From NCBI GenBank assembly GCA_036387475.1, contig DASVTR010000020.1, forward strand, positions 117,870 to 181,869: a DNA stretch of 64,000 nucleotides. The letters run 5' to 3'. The notes under the pieces were generated by a model. It had not been told where the DNA came from. It searched no databases and saw nothing but the letters and a program-made list of their open reading frames with translations. Source of the stretch: Pyrinomonadaceae bacterium (GTDB taxonomy: Bacteria; Acidobacteriota; Blastocatellia; Pyrinomonadales; Pyrinomonadaceae). How positions within the stretch are numbered: the stretch's first letter is position 1; each line of letters starts with the position of its first letter. Positions 9,726 to 17,928 of this stretch are shown here, one piece after another. The translations under genes and the position numbers were made by a program.

Positions 9726-10490
9726 ATGAACTTCTTCGCATTCAAATCGGCGGCAGAGCGGTATGCCGTCGGGCGACTCTTTTTTCATACAATTGTCATC
9801 GCGCGCGTCAGGGAGTTTTTGTCACTGACCGAATTGCTGGCGCGTGCGCTCGACGTGGGCTGCGGCACTGGCCTCTCTTCGGTCGCGCTGAAAGAAATAG
9901 CGAGCCGGATTGTCGGCATAGACGCTGCGCCTTCGATGATCGCGCACGCCCCGACGGATGCGCGCATCAATTACAGTGTGGCCGTCGCCGAGCGCTTGCC
10001 CTTTTGCGAGCAGGCGTTCGATTTGATAACTCTCTCGCAGGTTTCACACTGGCTCGACCGCAAAGTATTCTTCGCCGAAGCGCGCAGGGTGCTGCGGCCC
10101 GGCAGATGGCTCATCGCCTATGACGCTTACTTTTCCGCGCAGACAATCGAGCACACCGATTTTCAAATGTGGCACGAGGCCATTTATCTCAAAAACTATC
10201 CAAGCCCGCCGCGCTCTCCCGTCGCGCTCGCGGCTGAGGACGTAGCGGGTACAGGCTTTCAACTGTGTGAAGAAGAGCGTCTGCAACACACGATTAGTTT
10301 CACTGTCGAACAGTTGGTGGAATATCTGTTGACGCAGAGCAACGTCATCGCGGCGGTCGAAGGCGGCACAAAAGAGATTGGCGAAGTTCGAGACTGGCTG
10401 ACGAAGAACGTCACGCCGTTCTTTGCCGGACATGACGCTGCGGGCTTCCTTTTCAATGTGCCAATCTGGTATCTACAATCCACAGTATAG
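9726..10490 (+). CDS. class I SAM-dependent methyltransferase
   Basis: Motif I LDVGCGTGLSS. Confidence 0.75.
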   Translation: MNFFAFKSAAERYAVGRLFFHTIVIARVREFLSLTELLARALDVGCGTGLSSVALKEIASRIVGIDAAPSMIAHAPTDARINYSVAVAERLPFCEQAFDLITLSQVSHWLDRKVFFAEARRVLRPGRWLIAYDAYFSAQTIEHTDFQMWHEAIYLKNYPSPPRSPVALAAEDVAGTGFQLCEEERLQHTISFTVEQLVEYLLTQSNVIAAVEGGTKEIGEVRDWLTKNVTPFFAGHDAAGFLFNVPIWYLQSTV

Positions 10491-10498
10491 AGACTAAG

Positions 10499-11284
10499 AT
10501 GGGGCGTGACAGCACATCTCTTCGGGTGATAACGATGAAAAAAACAGAAGTTAAAGAGAGTGACCGGCTACTAATGCGCGAGCGGCCCGATGGATTGCCC
10601 ATCGGACAGATGAACTGGGGAAAGCTCTTGTTTATGCACTGGCCGATAGCGGCTCAAGCTCTGCGCCCCTTAATCCCTAAGGGCTTGACGATTGATACTT
10701 TCGACGGCAAGGCGTGGATTGGAGTCGTGCCGTTTACGATGTGGGGCGTGCGCCCGACGTTTATGCCGCCCGTGCCTGGGTTAAGCGAGTTTCACGAACT
10801 GAATGTCCGCACATACGTTCACCTGGACGGCGTGCCGGGCGTTTGGTTTCACTCGCTCGACGCGGCGAGCCAGTTGGCAGTCTGGGGCGCTCGCACCTTT
10901 TTTCATCTCCCCTACTTTCATGCCGAGATGAGCCTCGAACAAGAGGACGACACTATCATCTACAATTCCGACCGCACGGAAGAAGACGCGCTCGCCGCCC
11001 AACTTCAAGCCACCTGGAAGATAGGCGAGCGGCTGCCGGAATCCGAACCCGGCTCGCTGGAATTTTTCCTCACCGAGCGCTATTGCCTTTACGCTGCCGA
11101 TGGAGAAAAGCTCTATCAGTTGCGCATCAATCACCCGCCCTGGCCGTTGCAGCAAGCAGAGCTTTCGTCCTATGAATCGACGATGATCGAATCACACGGC
11201 CTGCCAACTCCAAAGGGCGAACCGCTGCTGCACTACGCCGAAGAATTACACGTCGAAGCATGGCCATTGGAAAGGCAAGAATAA
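10499..11284 (+). CDS. DUF2071 (YqjF-like) family protein
   Basis: NWGKLLFMHWP...AWIGVVPFTMWGVRP pattern. An alternative start exists at 10535. Confidence 0.6.
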   Translation: MGRDSTSLRVITMKKTEVKESDRLLMRERPDGLPIGQMNWGKLLFMHWPIAAQALRPLIPKGLTIDTFDGKAWIGVVPFTMWGVRPTFMPPVPGLSEFHELNVRTYVHLDGVPGVWFHSLDAASQLAVWGARTFFHLPYFHAEMSLEQEDDTIIYNSDRTEEDALAAQLQATWKIGERLPESEPGSLEFFLTERYCLYAADGEKLYQLRINHPPWPLQQAELSSYESTMIESHGLPTPKGEPLLHYAEELHVEAWPLERQE

Positions 11285-11365
11285 GGCGAAAGGTAAAAGT
11301 GTGGGAAGCCATTTTATTTAAAGATGGCTTCCCTTCCTTTTGCCGCTTACCCTTTTACTTCCTCT

Positions 11366-12223
11366 TTACCTTTGGCCTTGTTTTGCAAGTGGGCCAAGCG
11401 GGCCGTCCGGGTTGATGACGTTGCGCAGCGCTGTGTAGGGGATGACGATGACGTGCTGGCCTTCGGCGTAGGAAGCGACCTGATAGGGGTCGAAGGTGAC
11501 GCTAAGGCCGCGTCGTGTGATGTTCCAGTTCTTGTAGTTTTCCGAATCCGGGCCAGCGCCGCGCTCAATCCATTCTGTGTCAGGGTCTGGGCCAAGCTTT
11601 TTCTTCAAGGCTGCTATCGTGTAAGCCGAGATGGCTTGCATGTAGTTTGAACGCGGCTTGAAGAGGTCTGACAATTTGAGGGTGCGGCCCGCGTTGAGGT
11701 CGTAGTTCAGGACTATCGTGTGATGATTCGGATGTGCAGCGCCCGCAAAGTAGGTGCTGATGCCGAATGAGACGCTGATTAAATCCGGGCCGCTGTAATC
11801 AACCGTGTAAGCCGCGTCGAATGAATTTTCCCGCACTTCCGCCGGAGTTTCCGGGTCGGGTTCAGGGAAATCTTTCTTGAAGGCGTTGACCTCTTCTGTA
11901 ATCAGGTCTTTGACGGCGCGATTAAACTGCAAGGCCTTCGCATCCTTCGCTGCGACAACCTGCGGATAGCTGGCCTTAATCGTGTACAGAAATCTCCTGT
12001 TTCTTTCGGCGATGCGGCGCGGCGCAAACCTGCGAGCACCCGTCATGCCCCGACGCTGCATGAACAATAAAGCAGGCGCGTGCGCGACGCTCACGTCTTG
12101 ACTCTGGCCTGCCTGCCGCATGCCTCTCGCCGAAGCATTGCCTGCGCTTGCCTGCGACAACAGACCGAACGAAAGCGCCAGCGCTAACGAAACCTTTAAG
12201 ACAACGACTTTTCTCATCTTCAT
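11366..12223 (-). CDS. secreted DUF3298/DUF4163-like protein
   Basis: Signal peptide MKMRKVVVLKVSLALALS, then ...GAAHPNHHTIVLNYDLNAGRTLKLSDLF. ATG 12221-12223 follows GAAGGG. Confidence 0.6.
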   Translation of the reverse strand: MKMRKVVVLKVSLALALSFGLLSQASAGNASARGMRQAGQSQDVSVAHAPALLFMQRRGMTGARRFAPRRIAERNRRFLYTIKASYPQVVAAKDAKALQFNRAVKDLITEEVNAFKKDFPEPDPETPAEVRENSFDAAYTVDYSGPDLISVSFGISTYFAGAAHPNHHTIVLNYDLNAGRTLKLSDLFKPRSNYMQAISAYTIAALKKKLGPDPDTEWIERGAGPDSENYKNWNITRRGLSVTFDPYQVASYAEGQHVIVIPYTALRNVINPDGPLGPLAKQGQR

Positions 12224-12313
12224 CCCTTCACCCCATATTCTCGTGCCCGAAGCACGCTGACTCAAAAGACGCGCCCCGTACTACGTTTTGCACTCGCCGT
12301 AAAGCAAGGATAA

Positions 12314-12388
12314 AAGAATTGATTCATTGATTGATTGGTTCATTGCTTCAATGACTAAATGAGTCAATGAATCAATGAATCAATTCTT
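12314..12388. repeat. heptamer-built hairpin (TGATTCA family)
   Basis: aagaattgattcattgatt (12314-12332) pairs perfectly with aatcaatgaatcaattctt (12370-12388). It overlaps the ATP-grasp stop codon. Confidence 0.8.
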
Positions 12389-13613
12389 ACGCCGGTCTTT
12401 CCGGCGGCGGGGCGACGGCTGTGAATTCTTCGGCGAAGCGCCGCGCGTATTGTTCCAGTAGTTCTTCGACGCGTTCGAGCTTGGCCGCGCGGACGACCAG
12501 CCCTGCGTGGTAACGTTTCCTGACGCGATAGACAATCTCCGGGTCTGTGTAGCTGCTGGTGTCAGGGTATTCCTGCCGCGCCAGCGAGAGCACTATGCCG
12601 CCGTATGCAAGCGCTGCTTGCGGAGCATGGTAAGGACGCGCGCGGTCTGCGGTCTCTATCCTGGCCCACTCGCGCCAGATGTTGATGCCGCTGGCTGCTT
12701 CCAGAGTCTCTGCGATGTAAGCGCCGCCGACGCGCGCCGCGATTTCGAGAAAGTAAAACTGGCCGTCCCTTTCGCTCTTGATAAACTCTGCGTGCGCCGC
12801 GCCGTCCTTCAGGCCCAGACTCTTAATCAGCTTGCGATTAATTTTCAGCAGGTTTCTACGGTCGGCGGAATTATAATTGACCGTGTGCGAGATAAAGACG
12901 CCGCCGCCGTGCGCGACATCCATCGGAGGCCGCCCGTAGCGATTGACGCCCGCGAAGACAACCTTGCCCCCGGCCACTCCTGAATCAACGTGAAAGACTT
13001 CGCCCGGCACAAAGCGTTCGAGCAGGTAATAAGACGATTTTTCGTTGAGCCGTTCGCGCGCATCCAGTTCGTCAATTGCCCGCCAGACCTGTTCGGAGTC
13101 GCGCATCTTTTTGATTCCCATTGCAGACACGTCCGAGCGCGGCTTGAGCACCCAAGGCGCAGGAGTGCGCTGCATGAAGTCGTGCAGGCGTTCGTAATTG
13201 AGGACGTGTACGAAATCTGGAACGAGAATGCCAGCCTCTTGTGCGCGAACGCGCATCGAAAGCTTATCGCGGAAGATGCGCGCCTGCGCGCTCGTCATCC
13301 CCGGCAAACAGAGATGCTCGCGGATTAGCCCGGCGGTGATGACATCGTATTCTTCGAGGGCGACGAGGCGATAGATTTTAACGGAGCGCGCTAGCTGGCT
13401 GACGACGTGTGTGAGGATTTCCGTCCCGGCGTCGTCCGGCACAGCCACTATGTCGTCCAAGCTCTCGCGCGGCCAATCCTCCTTCAACAGCTTCTCTTTC
13501 GTCACAAGGATGACGCGAAAGCCCAAAGCTTTGCACTCGCGCAAAAACTCGCCGCCCTTAAAATAGCTGGCGAGGCAGATGATTGTCTCCGCTCTGGGGG
13601 AAGATTCGCTCAT
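12387..13613 (-). CDS. ATP-grasp domain ligase (carboxylate-amine/L-amino-acid-ligase-like, with a pre-ATP-grasp N-domain)
   Basis: 408 aa: WVLKPRSDVSAMGIKK, YLLERFVPGEVFHVD, FLEIAARVGG. These are typical ATP-grasp nucleotide-binding elements. Confidence 0.8.
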   Translation of the reverse strand: MSESSPRAETIICLASYFKGGEFLRECKALGFRVILVTKEKLLKEDWPRESLDDIVAVPDDAGTEILTHVVSQLARSVKIYRLVALEEYDVITAGLIREHLCLPGMTSAQARIFRDKLSMRVRAQEAGILVPDFVHVLNYERLHDFMQRTPAPWVLKPRSDVSAMGIKKMRDSEQVWRAIDELDARERLNEKSSYYLLERFVPGEVFHVDSGVAGGKVVFAGVNRYGRPPMDVAHGGGVFISHTVNYNSADRRNLLKINRKLIKSLGLKDGAAHAEFIKSERDGQFYFLEIAARVGGAYIAETLEAASGINIWREWARIETADRARPYHAPQAALAYGGIVLSLARQEYPDTSSYTDPEIVYRVRKRYHAGLVVRAAKLERVEELLEQYARRFAEEFTAVAPPPERPA

Positions 13614-13656
13614 GTGTTTTTAGGCTTGTGCGCTTTTTTCCCAGAAAACGAAAGCG

Positions 13657-13676
13657 ATGACAACTGCTGTTGTCAT
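13657..13676 (-). promoter_or_regulatory. small hairpin enclosing the stop codon of the acidic-peptide ORF (possible attenuator or processing site)
   Basis: atgacaac-nnnn-gttgtcat: perfect 8-bp stem. TGA (13673-13675) lies inside it. Confidence 0.3.
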
Positions 13677-13882
13677 TCATCGCTCGCGTCCTCTTGGACG
13701 CCTGTGCCTGACCCGCCGCCGAGTATTGTGCTCATGCCCTCGTTCTCTTCAACGTCGGTTGGAGCATCGGGTTCGGCGACATCGCCCGCTTCGTCTGCGC
13801 GCGTGGCTTCATTGCCGGTGTCGCGCGTCTCGTTTGACGCCTCCTGCGATGCGTTAGCTGTTGAGCTTTCCTGCTTGTTCAT
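13673..13882 (-). CDS. 69-aa highly acidic, Ser/Thr-rich peptide (candidate ATP-grasp substrate or precursor)
   Basis: ATG 13880-13882 is preceded by GAAGGGGAAG. Composition is 18 Asp/Glu against 3 Lys/Arg, 14 Ser/Thr, and no Cys or aromatics. GC3 is about two-thirds by hand count. It lies 59 nt upstream of the ATP-grasp gene on the same strand. Confidence 0.55.
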   Translation of the reverse strand: MNKQESSTANASQEASNETRDTGNEATRADEAGDVAEPDAPTDVEENEGMSTILGGGSGTGVQEDASDE

Positions 13883-14153
13883 CCCGCTTCCCCTTCTCTT
13901 AAAATGCTGCCCCGGCTCTTGCCAAAAGAGGCCGTGCGATGATAAACGGTCGCTGGCGAGCGCCTTCCGGGTGAGTGGTATATAGCACAGCCGGTCGTGC
14001 GCCGTACACATTCTGACGGCTTTGAGCTAACGAACACGTCAAAGGGTAGCAGCATTTTTTCCGCACAAGGGGCGCGCTTTGCACGACGCGCATCAATCCA
14101 GGCATTGTGTTGCGCGCGTAAATCATTTCACAGGTTATGAGGAATGAAAATAT

Positions 14154-15731
14154 ATGATTTTTCGTAGCCCATACACGGACGTGTCGATACCCGAAGTTTC
14201 TGTGCCGGAGTTTGTCTTGCAGGACGCGCGAGCGCGCGGCGACAAACCGGCGCTGATTGATGGCGGAAGCGGGCGCGTCATTACTTATCGAGAGTTGGCC
14301 GAAAGCGTCGAGCGCGTGGCGGCGAGCCTTGCCGCGCGTGGATTCAAGAAGGGCGAAGTCTTCGCCATCTACAGTCCGAACGTCCTCGAATTTCCGCTTG
14401 CGCTCTACGGTGTCGCCACCCTCGGCGGGACGTGTACGACCATCAATCCGCTCTACACGGCGGACGAAGTTGCGCATCAACTCAAAGATGCGGGCGCGAA
14501 GTATCTGCTCACCGTCCCGGCGCTGATGGAGAAAGCTGAAGAAGCTGCGCGGGAAGCAGGCGTAGAGGAAATCTTCGTCATCGGCGAGACTGAAGGGGCG
14601 ACGCCGTTCGCTTCTCTGCTGGACGCAGATGCCGGAGAAGCGCCGACAGTTTCTATCAATCCGCGCGAGGATATTTTCGCGCTGCCGTATTCGAGCGGCA
14701 CGACGGGGCTGCCCAAAGGCGTGATGCTCACGCACTACAACCTCGTCGCCAACCTCTGCCAGCAAGAGCCTGTCAATCCGATTGCAGAAACGGACACGCT
14801 ACTTTGTATTCTGCCGCTCTTTCACATCTACGGCATGGCCGTCATCCTCAACACGGGACTGCACAGCGGCGCGACCATCGTCATGATGCAGCGCTTTGAT
14901 TTAGAGCGCGTGCTGCAAGCGATGCAGGACTACGGCGTGACGTTTGCGCACCTCGTTCCGCCCATCGTTCTCGCGCTGACAAAGCAAAAGGTCGTTGACA
15001 ACTACGACCTCTCCAAGCTCAGGGCCATCTTTTCGGGCGCTGCGCCGCTCAGCGAAAGCATCACACGCGCCTGCATTGAACGCATGAAGTGTCGGCTCAG
15101 GCAGGGCTACGGCATGACGGAGACCAGCCCCGTCATACACATGAGTCCCAATGAAACTGAGCTTATCAGGCACGGCTCGGTGGGCCGCTGCATTCCCAAC
15201 ACCGAATGCAAGATTGTTGATATGGAGACCGGCGCTGAGTTAGGCCCTAATCAGGAAGGCGAGATTTGCATTCGCGGCCCGCAGGTGATGAAGGGTTATC
15301 TCAATCGCCCGGAAGCGACCGCTTCAACGATTGATGCGGACGGCTGGTTGCACACGGGCGACATCGGCTACGCTGACGAAGACTGTCACTTCTTCATCGT
15401 TGACCGCGCCAAAGAGTTAATCAAGTACAAGGGCTTTCAGGTCGCACCGGCTGAACTGGAAGCGCATCTGTTATCACATCCGGCGATAGCGGATGCGGCG
15501 GTGATTCCCGTCGCGGATGAAGAAGCCGGAGAGATACCGAAGGCTTACATCGTCCTGAAAGCAGAGGCCGAGGCTGACGATGAAGAGATAATGAGATTCA
15601 TCGAAGAGCGCGTCGCCCCGCATAAGAAAATCCGTCTGATTGAGAGAATCGAGCAGATTCCCAAATCCGCTTCAGGCAAAATCCTGCGCCGCGTCCTCGT
15701 CGCGCGCGAACGAGAAAGGAAACCCGAATAA
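14154..15731 (+). CDS. AMP-dependent synthetase/ligase (4-coumarate-CoA / acyl-CoA ligase-like)
   Basis: YSSGTTGLPKGV, GYGMTE, GWLHTGDIGY, and a final K in PKSASGKILRR. Confidence 0.9.
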   Translation: MIFRSPYTDVSIPEVSVPEFVLQDARARGDKPALIDGGSGRVITYRELAESVERVAASLAARGFKKGEVFAIYSPNVLEFPLALYGVATLGGTCTTINPLYTADEVAHQLKDAGAKYLLTVPALMEKAEEAAREAGVEEIFVIGETEGATPFASLLDADAGEAPTVSINPREDIFALPYSSGTTGLPKGVMLTHYNLVANLCQQEPVNPIAETDTLLCILPLFHIYGMAVILNTGLHSGATIVMMQRFDLERVLQAMQDYGVTFAHLVPPIVLALTKQKVVDNYDLSKLRAIFSGAAPLSESITRACIERMKCRLRQGYGMTETSPVIHMSPNETELIRHGSVGRCIPNTECKIVDMETGAELGPNQEGEICIRGPQVMKGYLNRPEATASTIDADGWLHTGDIGYADEDCHFFIVDRAKELIKYKGFQVAPAELEAHLLSHPAIADAAVIPVADEEAGEIPKAYIVLKAEAEADDEEIMRFIEERVAPHKKIRLIERIEQIPKSASGKILRRVLVARERERKPE

Positions 15732-15735
15732 TTCA

Positions 15736-16122
15736 ATGTCAAACAATCACACCGAAAAAGCAGTCGCAGATTATTTCGCCGCCATCCGCGCGATGGACGT
15801 AGACAGTTGGCTTTCCACCTTTGCAGAGGATGCTGTCAGCAACGACCCCGTCGGCGCACCGCCTTTGAACGGGCACGCTGCGTTGCGTCAATTCTTCGAG
15901 GGCATCGCCGGGGCTTTCGAGAAAGTAGGACTCTTTGAAGACCAAGTATTCATCAACGGCAACGAGGCCGCTGTCAAATGGACTGGACGCGGCACGGGTA
16001 AGAATGGCCGCGAAGTCACCTTTGAGGGCATAGATGTCTTCGCGGTTAACGACGAGGGCAAGATTCAAACCGTCCGTGGCTACTGGAATCCGGCGGCGAT
16101 GATGGCCGAGTTGCAAAGCTAA
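15736..16122 (+). CDS. SnoaL-like / NTF2-fold protein
   Basis: 128 aa. The pattern (...YFAAIRAMDVDSWLSTFAEDAVSNDPVG...VKWTGRG...) is typical of small NTF2-like proteins. Confidence 0.6.
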   Translation: MSNNHTEKAVADYFAAIRAMDVDSWLSTFAEDAVSNDPVGAPPLNGHAALRQFFEGIAGAFEKVGLFEDQVFINGNEAAVKWTGRGTGKNGREVTFEGIDVFAVNDEGKIQTVRGYWNPAAMMAELQS

Positions 16123-16625
16123 TGGAAAAAATACACAGGCGGCTGGACAATGTACATGGGCGGCTGCTGACATTAATCGAGCCGCTCGATAAGGAGAAGT
16201 TTGCGCTGAGGCCCGCGCCGAACATTTGGAGCGTAGCAGAGGTCGTGCATCATCTCTGCCTCGTCGAACAGCACATGATTCAGAGCATAGAGCAGGAGCT
16301 AACGCAACCGCCGAAGCGCCTGCCCCTGCTCAATCATTTGATTCCCTACTCTTTGCTCGTGGGCCGCCGCGTCCGCCGCGTTCGCGCGCCGAAGGCGGTC
16401 GAGCCGCTCAACCCGCCGCCCAAAGAAACTGTCATCGAAAACTACAACCGCGTTCGGGCGACAATCAAAGCGCTAAGCCGTGAACACGGTCGCAAGCGGC
16501 TCTCTCAAGTAGTGATGAAGCATCCGTTCCTCGGCGCTTTCAGCGGCGTCAAGGCCATCGCCTTCGTCGGCTATCACGAGCAGCGTCACTACAAACAGAT
16601 TCAAGAGATTATCTCTCAACTATAA
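16122..16625 (+). CDS. DinB family protein
   Basis: His triad pattern (HHLCLVEQH ... YHEQRHYKQI). TAATG overlap with the upstream gene. Confidence 0.7.
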   Translation: MEKIHRRLDNVHGRLLTLIEPLDKEKFALRPAPNIWSVAEVVHHLCLVEQHMIQSIEQELTQPPKRLPLLNHLIPYSLLVGRRVRRVRAPKAVEPLNPPPKETVIENYNRVRATIKALSREHGRKRLSQVVMKHPFLGAFSGVKAIAFVGYHEQRHYKQIQEIISQL

Positions 16626-16690
16626 CGATGAACGATGAATAAAAGACAAACTCTTCTTCATTCCGCGTTCATCGTTCCGCGTTCATCGTT
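16624..16690. repeat. heptamer-built hairpin (GATGAAC family) between convergent genes
   Basis: It has the same 17-mer aacgatgaacgatgaat as at 9620, opposed by (ttccgcg/ttcatcg) heptamers at 16661-16690. Confidence 0.75.
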
Positions 16691-16695
16691 AATTT

Positions 16696-17928
16696 TCATC
16701 TCGCTTCCTTGCTCACTACCTGCCCATCTATGACGACGCCCGTGACTTGCGTCGTGTACTCGAAGGGGTCGCCGTCAAAGAGCGCGAGGTCTGCATCCTT
16801 GCCCGCTTCGAGCGTGCCGACGCGATTCGTGATGCCGAGGATTCGCGCGGCGTCGATTGTCACGGCAGAGAGCGCTTCCGCGAAAGAAAGACCGTTTGAA
16901 GCGGCCACTGCCGCTTCAAAGAGTACGACGCGCGTTTTCGGAACGTAAGTTTCATAACCGCTTTGCAGCGCAACGGGGATTCCCGCCTTGCGTAAAGCGG
17001 CGGCGGTTTCAAAGCTCAGGTTTTCGGCCTCGCCGACGGCGCGTGCCATCGTCGGATGCAGGATGACGGGAACATTCGCCGCCTTGATCTGCTCCGTCAC
17101 CAGATAACTTTCAGCCGCGCCGTCGAGAATGATACGCAGGTTAAACTCCTTTGCGACGCGCAGCGCCGACAGAATATCGCCCGCCCGATGAGCCGTGACG
17201 AGCAACGGCATCTCGCCTTTGAGGACACGCGCGAGGGCTTCCAAGTGCAGGTCACGACCGGGCCGCTTGTCTTCCGGCCCCGTCTGTTTCGATTGATACT
17301 CTTTGGCCTTTAACAACTCGCCGCGCAGCATTGCTACCATCTTCGCGCGCGTGCCCGGCGCTTTGCCCTGCGGCGCGAGAGCGGCGTTGCCGAGCGTGAC
17401 GGCAATCATCGCCGAAGGGTTCAGCACAGCGCGGCTGTCGTCAACGTCGCCCCGCGTTTTAATAATCATCGTTTGGCCCGGAATCAACGCGCCCGGAGCG
17501 TGGCCCGTGTGAATGGTCGTGACGCCCATGCTTCTGAGATATTCGATCAGCGTTTCGCGCGGGTTGTAAGCATCGACGGCGCGCAACTCCGGCTGCATCG
17601 CATTGGAGCGTTCGAGTTGATCCTGGTCTTGCGGCTGATTCAGGTAGCCCGCTAGTCCGACGACCGTATGCGCGTCAATCAAGCCGGGCGTGACGACACG
17701 CGCCGTCACAGTTTTATAGCCGTCGGGAATCCTGACCTGCGACGCTGGGCCAACTTTCTCTATCTTGCCGTCACGAATCAACACAACGCCGTCCTTGATG
17801 GCAGGCCCGGCCATCGTATGAACGGTCTCGCCGCGCACGGCCAGTTGGGCCAACACGGCGGGCGCGGCAATCATTAACAACAACGACGAAAGGCAAGCTC
17901 TGAGGAGTACGTTCTTCATCAATTTCAC
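16696..17928 (-). CDS. periplasmic amidohydrolase family protein (COG1228-like), HxH motif degenerate
   Basis: Signal peptide. GLIDAHTVVG occupies the HxH position. C-terminal GKDADLALFDGDP. Confidence 0.75.
   Translation of the reverse strand: MKLMKNVLLRACLSSLLLMIAAPAVLAQLAVRGETVHTMAGPAIKDGVVLIRDGKIEKVGPASQVRIPDGYKTVTARVVTPGLIDAHTVVGLAGYLNQPQDQDQLERSNAMQPELRAVDAYNPRETLIEYLRSMGVTTIHTGHAPGALIPGQTMIIKTRGDVDDSRAVLNPSAMIAVTLGNAALAPQGKAPGTRAKMVAMLRGELLKAKEYQSKQTGPEDKRPGRDLHLEALARVLKGEMPLLVTAHRAGDILSALRVAKEFNLRIILDGAAESYLVTEQIKAANVPVILHPTMARAVGEAENLSFETAAALRKAGIPVALQSGYETYVPKTRVVLFEAAVAASNGLSFAEALSAVTIDAARILGITNRVGTLEAGKDADLALFDGDPFEYTTQVTGVVIDGQVVSKEAR

Noticed and set aside
13899-14765. Long antisense ORFs opposite well-supported genes. 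Examples: 13899-14765 opposite the CoA ligase, 34745-35602 opposite clpX, 36898-37809 and 38658-39539 opposite lon, 45934-46602 opposite purA, 23444-24133 opposite murE, 26811-27692 opposite the GNAT gene.
   Set aside because: These are typical shadow ORFs of G+C-rich DNA. Their products are Arg/Ala/Gly-rich and low in complexity with no recognisable motifs, while the opposite strand encodes proteins with unambiguous family signatures.
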